From assembly GCF_004010195.1 (NCBI RefSeq), contig NW_025215115.1, forward strand, positions 1 to 38,083: a stretch of DNA of 38,083 bases, written 5' to 3'. The position numbers and the translations under genes are program-made. Source of the stretch: Chiloscyllium plagiosum (lineage: Eukaryota). The notes below the pieces were generated by a model. The model worked only from the letters and a program-made list of their open reading frames with translations. It searched no databases and was not told where the DNA came from. This document shows positions 33,266 through 38,083 of this stretch, one piece after another (the first letter of the stretch is position 1; each line of letters starts with the position of its first letter).

Positions 33266-33624
33266 GAAAGTGGTAGAGATGGAGAAACTGGGAGAATACA
33301 ATGGAATCTCTACAAGCAGCAGGGAGGGAGCATATACAGTCCAAGTAACCGTGGGTGTCGATGGATCTGTAGCGGAATTTGGTGGCCAGCCCATCATCAG
33401 AAATTTATATACAGAGATGTTGAGAAAGGGAATCGAGAAGTCAGTGATGGACCGGGTGATAGTGACAGCAGGACAGAAATCCGAAGCAAAACTGATTAAC
33501 TTTTCAAATTCTGGGGGTCAGCAGGAAGCAGACTGATGCATGGAACGGGTGAGATGAATTTCCAGGATGGATTGCATGGGCCACTGGCAATGTTCAGCTG
33601 AAATGATTGAATGGGTTGTTTAAG

Positions 33625-34112
33625 GTCTGCTCAAAATGAATACGAGAAGAAATGAGTGTTCTAATACAAAGCAAATTTATTCACTTAATCTACTGTAGGT
33701 ACATGCAAATTAATGAGTAGCATTATTAGCTTAAAAGACTTTTGATACAGTCGACAAGTGAGTCTCACTGCCTTGTCGTCACATCGGGGTCTCCTGGGTG
33801 ATGGCTGACACTCGGAGCTATTTCCGTTCCCACGATCTGGTCTTTCAAACCCCAGTCCGATAGGGAATGTCTCTCAAGCTGGGAAAAGTCCCCAACATCA
33901 ATACGATTCTGACTCAGATATGACATGCTGTATTGCAGTCTCCGAGTACCTTTCCCACTCATTCCTTTCTGCACAAAGAGGTCCCAGTATCTCTGTGCCT
34001 TTGCACGACAGTCTGTTCCCAAGACCAGCCAAGGTCATTGCAGTTACCTTCCAACCAGAACGGCCTGTGTTTATCTGAAGCCTGTTTTTCACATATTCCC
34101 CTTCAATTGCTT
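33625..34112 (-). terminator. Conserved distal 3'-UTR / poly(A) block of unit D (AATAAA at 33681-33676)
   Basis: Paralog of 23750-24262. Confidence 0.6.
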
Positions 34113-34117
34113 AGTAA

Positions 34118-35215
34118 CAGGATCCTTGATCAGCTAGGCTGAGGAATGGCAAATGGGGTTTAATTTACACAAATGCAACATACTTCATTTTGTGAAGACA
34201 AACCAAGGCAGGACTTACAGAGGTAGGGAGTGTTGTCAAGCAGAGAGTCGAGGGGTGCAGGTACATAGTTCCTTGAAAGTGGCGTCCCATGTAGACAAAG
34301 TGGTGAAGGATGTATTTGGTATACTTGCTCTCATTGGTCAGTGCACTGAGTTTAGGAATGTCATGTAAAGGCTGCATAAGACAATGGTAAGGCCACAGTT
34401 GGAGAATTGTGCTCAATTCTGGACACACTGTTAGAGGAAGACTATTATTAAACTGCCAATTGTGTGATAAAGATTTAGAAGGATGTTACTGATGCTGAAG
34501 GGTTTGAGTTATAAGGACAGGCTGGACAGACTGGGACTTATTTCCCGGCAGCATCAGAGGCTAAAGGGTGACCTTGTAGATGATCATAAAATTATGATGG
34601 GCATACATAAGATGAATAGCAAAGGCCTTTTCTCAGGGTAGGGGCAGTCCAAAACGAGAGGGCATCAGTTTATGGTGAGAGGGGAAAGATTTAAAAGTGA
34701 TCTGACTGGCAGCCTTTTCGCAGAGGGTGGTGCGTGTATGGAACGAGTGCCAGACAAAGTGGTGGAGGTGACTGTAATTACAACATTGAACAGACATTTT
34801 GACATGGATCAGAGAGATATGGGCCCAATACTGGCAAATGGAACAACATCAGCTTACGCATCACCTTTACTCATTTTCTCATCATTGGAGAAATAGTTCA
34901 CTTCCTACAGCAATTTAGAATAAGAGGTCATAGTGTTAGGATGAGGGATAGCAGATTTCAAACAGAGATGTGGAGAAATTACTTCCCTCAAAGCAGTATT
35001 AATCTGTGAAATTCCTTCCCCCAGAGTGCTGTGGACAACAGGACATGGAATAAACTTAAAGAGGAGATAGATGTTTAATCAATATAGGGTAGAAGGGTTA
35101 TGGAGAGGAGGCAGGAAAGTGGAGTTGAAGCCGGGATGCGATCAGCCTCGATGGAACAAAATGGTGGGGCAGGCTGGATGGGCTGAATGGTGTACTCCTG
35201 CTCCCCGATGTCATG
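34118..35215 (+). mobile_element. Old CR1 LINE (unit-shared copy)
   Basis: Colinear with 24680-25770 and 28840-29855. Confidence 0.82.
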
Positions 35216-35456
35216 GTCTCACTGGGTCGACTTTAGATCTACCTGCAGTGGGAGGCAAACTCTGTTTCCTAACCAGGAGAAAGTAAACGTTGTTCATCAG
35301 CTTCTGTGGATCATTTCAGAGGAAATGTGCACTCCCAGGCTGAGAGAGCATCAGCCCCACTGGAATATAAAGCCCCCTGACACTCCCACTTCACCCACTG
35401 GTCCAGTCCTGGACGTGATTCTCAGCAGCAAGAACAGCAGGATTCAACTGCTGTCT

Positions 35457-36383
35457 TCACTGATGAACTCTCTGGTGTCTCCGCAGTTTGCTTGACTGGA
35501 TAAATCCCCTCCCACACACAAAGCAGGTGAATGGCTTCTCCCCGGTGTGAATTCGCTGGTGTTTGAGCACAGCGGATGAATCCCTGAATGCTTTCCCACA
35601 CACGGTGCAGGGGAATGGTCGCTCCCCGGTGTGAATGCGCTGGTGGACCAACAGGTGGGCCAACTGATTAAATCCCTTCCCACAGTCAGAGCAGGTGAAC
35701 CGTCTCTCCCCGGTGTGAAGTTGCTGGTGTATCCTGAGGCCAGTGGATTGAGTGAATCCCTTCCCGCACTCAGAGCAGGTGAACGGCCTCTCCCGGGTGT
35801 GCACCCGCCGGTGTCTCCGCATGCTGGATGGATCGCTGAATATCTCTCCACACTCGGAGCAGGAGAATGGCCTCTCCCCGGTGTGAATGTGCTGGTGGAT
35901 CCGCAGGCTATCTGATGAACTGCATCCCTTCCCACACACTGAACAGGTGAACGGCAAGACCCCTGTGTGAATTAGCTTGTGTCTTTGCAGGCCGGATGAG
36001 TGACTGAATTCTTTCCCACAGTCAGAGCAGGAGAATGGCCTCTCCCCGGTGTGAACCCGCTGGTGGAGCCGCAGGTTGTATGACGAACTGAATCCCTTCC
36101 CGCACTCCGTGCAGGTTAAAGGCAAGACTCCTGTGTGAGTTTGCGTGTGCTTCTGAAGGCTGGAAAAGTGACTGAATTCTTTCCCACAGTCTGAGCAGGT
36201 GAACGGCCTCTCCCCGGTGTGAACTCGCCGGTGTCTCAAAAGGCCAGACGAATGAGCGAATCCCTTCCCACAGTCTATGCAGATGTGTGGCCTCTCCCCG
36301 GTGTGGACACGCCGATGAATCTCCAGCTCAGACGGATACCTGTACCGTTTCCCACAGTCCCCACACTGCCATGGCTTCTCCAC
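35457..36383 (-). CDS. C2H2 zinc-finger protein unit D, 11 fingers (308 aa from GTG 36383; start uncertain)
   Basis: Eleven intact fingers ending HQRVHQ*. Confidence 0.87.
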   Translation of the reverse strand: MEKPWQCGDCGKRYRYPSELEIHRRVHTGERPHICIDCGKGFAHSSGLLRHRRVHTGERPFTCSDCGKEFSHFSSLQKHTQTHTGVLPLTCTECGKGFSSSYNLRLHQRVHTGERPFSCSDCGKEFSHSSGLQRHKLIHTGVLPFTCSVCGKGCSSSDSLRIHQHIHTGERPFSCSECGEIFSDPSSMRRHRRVHTRERPFTCSECGKGFTQSTGLRIHQQLHTGERRFTCSDCGKGFNQLAHLLVHQRIHTGERPFPCTVCGKAFRDSSAVLKHQRIHTGEKPFTCFVCGRGFIQSSKLRRHQRVHQ

Positions 36384-36504
36384 GGTGCTGTTGTCCTTGT
36401 GTCCCTCCAGGTTGGATGATGAACTGGAGCCTGAAGTGCCCACACACACAGAACCCCCTGATGGTGTCTCCTGGAGGAATGTTATTGCAGCAGCAGCAGC
36501 AGCA

Positions 36505-36940
36505 ATAACTTCCGCATTCACACGATAGACACGCTCTGATTGGCTGGAGGACCAGAGCGCTTCCGGTCCTCCAGCGCTGTCTATTGGACAGTCCGAATAC
36601 CGAGCTGTCCGGAGCCAGCCAATAGGAGCCGCGCCTATTCCGGACAAAGGGCCTCGCGCTGCCCCCGTGCTGAGGGAGCTGGAGGAGGGGAGGGCACTTT
36701 GCAACAAATCCCTTCCCTTCATTTTCCTCCAAGGCATGTGTTCACACAAAGCCCAGGGTTTCACTGTAACCTCACACTCACTGAAACTTCCTCATCTGTG
36801 AGCACAACACACACTGTTCCCGTTCTGGGGTTAAACTGTTCATGTGCAGGAGCTGGAGGGAAAGGGAGTGAATCCAAGGAGAGGGGGCAGACTCTGGAAA
36901 GGTTGGTCTAGGTCTCTCTCAAAGATGTTGATATTGCTCC
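36505..36940. promoter_or_regulatory. Array promoter module D with a divergent exon1/intron1 homolog
   Basis: Inverted repeat 36543-36553/36565-36575; plus-strand donor at 36798; 36780-36935(+) is homologous to 7525-7700(-). Confidence 0.78.
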
Positions 36941-36944
36941 CTGA

Positions 36945-37440
36945 TCAAAATGAATACAAACAGAAATGTGCGCTTCAACACAAAGCAACTTTATTCACTT
37001 AATATCCTTGATGTACATGCAAAGTAATGAATGGCTCTGTTAGCTTAAAAGACTTTTGATACAGTCAACAAGTGAGTCTCACTGCGTTGGCTTCATATCT
37101 GGGTCCCCTGGGTGACAGCTGTCACTTGGAGCTCTATTTCCGTTTCCACGATCTGGTCTCTCAAAACCCAGTCAGAGGGTGAATGTCTCTCCAACTGGGT
37201 GAAGTCCCCAATGTTAATACTGTTCTGACTCGGATATGACTGCAGTCCCTGAGTACTTTTCCCACTCATTCCTTTGTGCACAAACAGGTGGGTGTGTCTC
37301 TGTACGTTTGACAGGTAGTCTGTACCCAAAACCAGCCAAGGTCATTGAAGCTACCTTCCAACCAGAACGGCCTGTGTTTACCTGAAGCCTTTTATCACGT
37401 ATTCCCCCTTCAATTGCTTATTGCCATACACAATTAACCC
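36945..37440 (-). terminator. 3'-UTR / poly(A) block of a fifth unit whose CDS would lie beyond the window (AATAAA at 36995-36990)
   Basis: Paralog of 23750-24262, followed by the same LINE. Confidence 0.6.
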
Positions 37441-38083
37441 TTAACAATCTGGGTTGGAGATATTTTGCCCCCTCAGTAAATACATTTACTCAAGGTTCCA
37501 TTATGTAAAAATCCATGGACAGTTAGCCAATGGGATAGGAAATTGGCTTGACAGTAGGAGACAGAGGGTGGTGGTAGAGGATTGGTATTCAGACTGGAGA
37601 CCTGTGACCAGCAGGGTTCAGTTCCAGATCAACTGTTATTTGTCATTTATATAAACGCTTTGGATGAGACAATAGCAGCAATGGTTAGTAGGTTCGTTGG
37701 TGACACCAAAATTGCTGATATAGTTTAAGGCGATCTGAGAGTACAATAGGACCTTGATCAGCTGAGCCGAGGAATGGCAAATAGAGTTTAATTAAAAGAA
37801 ATGTAAGGTGTTGCATTTTGCTCAGACACACCAAGGCAGGACTTACACAGGTGGAGGGTGTTGTTAAACAGAGAGACTAGGGTTGCAGGTACAAAGTTCC
37901 TTGACAGTGGCGTTGCAGGTAGACAGGGTGGTGAAGAAGGCGTTTGGTACGCTTCCTCTCATTGTTCAGAGAATCGCGTATTGGAATTGGGACAGAATGT
38001 TACGGCTGCACAACACATTGGTATGGCCACAGCGTTCAGTGAAGATTAACAAGGATGCTCCTGAGGCAGGAGGATTTGAGTTA
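37440..38083 (+). mobile_element. Old CR1 LINE (unit-shared copy), running off the window
   Basis: Colinear with 24265-25060. Confidence 0.8.

Noticed and set aside
21729..36383. Assigning mammalian ZNF symbols, KRAB domains or PRDM9
   Set aside because: No KRAB, SCAN, BTB or SET sequence is visible, and lineage-specific finger arrays cannot be assigned orthology by eye

Overview
Repeat-dense vertebrate DNA, most likely a shark or other cartilaginous fish. This is inferred from HE1/V-SINE-type SINEs, CR1/HER1-type LINE 3' ends and Penelope-like remnants. The window holds a minus-strand cluster of C2H2 zinc-finger (ZNF) genes with no visible KRAB, SCAN or BTB domain. One GC-rich 10-finger gene (CDS 5562-4675) has its promoter at ~7.8 kb and probable 5'-UTR introns. 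From ~19.9 kb to the end is a tandem array of ~3.8-5 kb segmentally duplicated units (A-D, plus the 3' tail of a fifth unit), encoding 13 (+6 decayed), 7, 4 and 11 fingers. Four points stand out in the array. (1) All copies share a near-identical ~450 bp promoter/leader built around a conserved palindrome (GGAGGACC-N10/11-GGTCCTCC) that also occurs in the 7.8 kb promoter. (2) The far side of that promoter is an inverted homolog of the first gene's exon1/intron1, suggesting a bidirectional promoter. (3) The start codon is GTG in Kozak context where gene 1 has ATG. (4) The finger arrays have a constant first finger and constant last three fingers around a variable middle. Also present are minimal hammerhead-ribozyme motifs in Penelope-like fragments, SINE-derived 52-bp minisatellites in inverted orientation around gene 1, a 541-bp tandem duplication and a 277-N assembly gap. 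Repeat boundaries are approximate and were read by eye.
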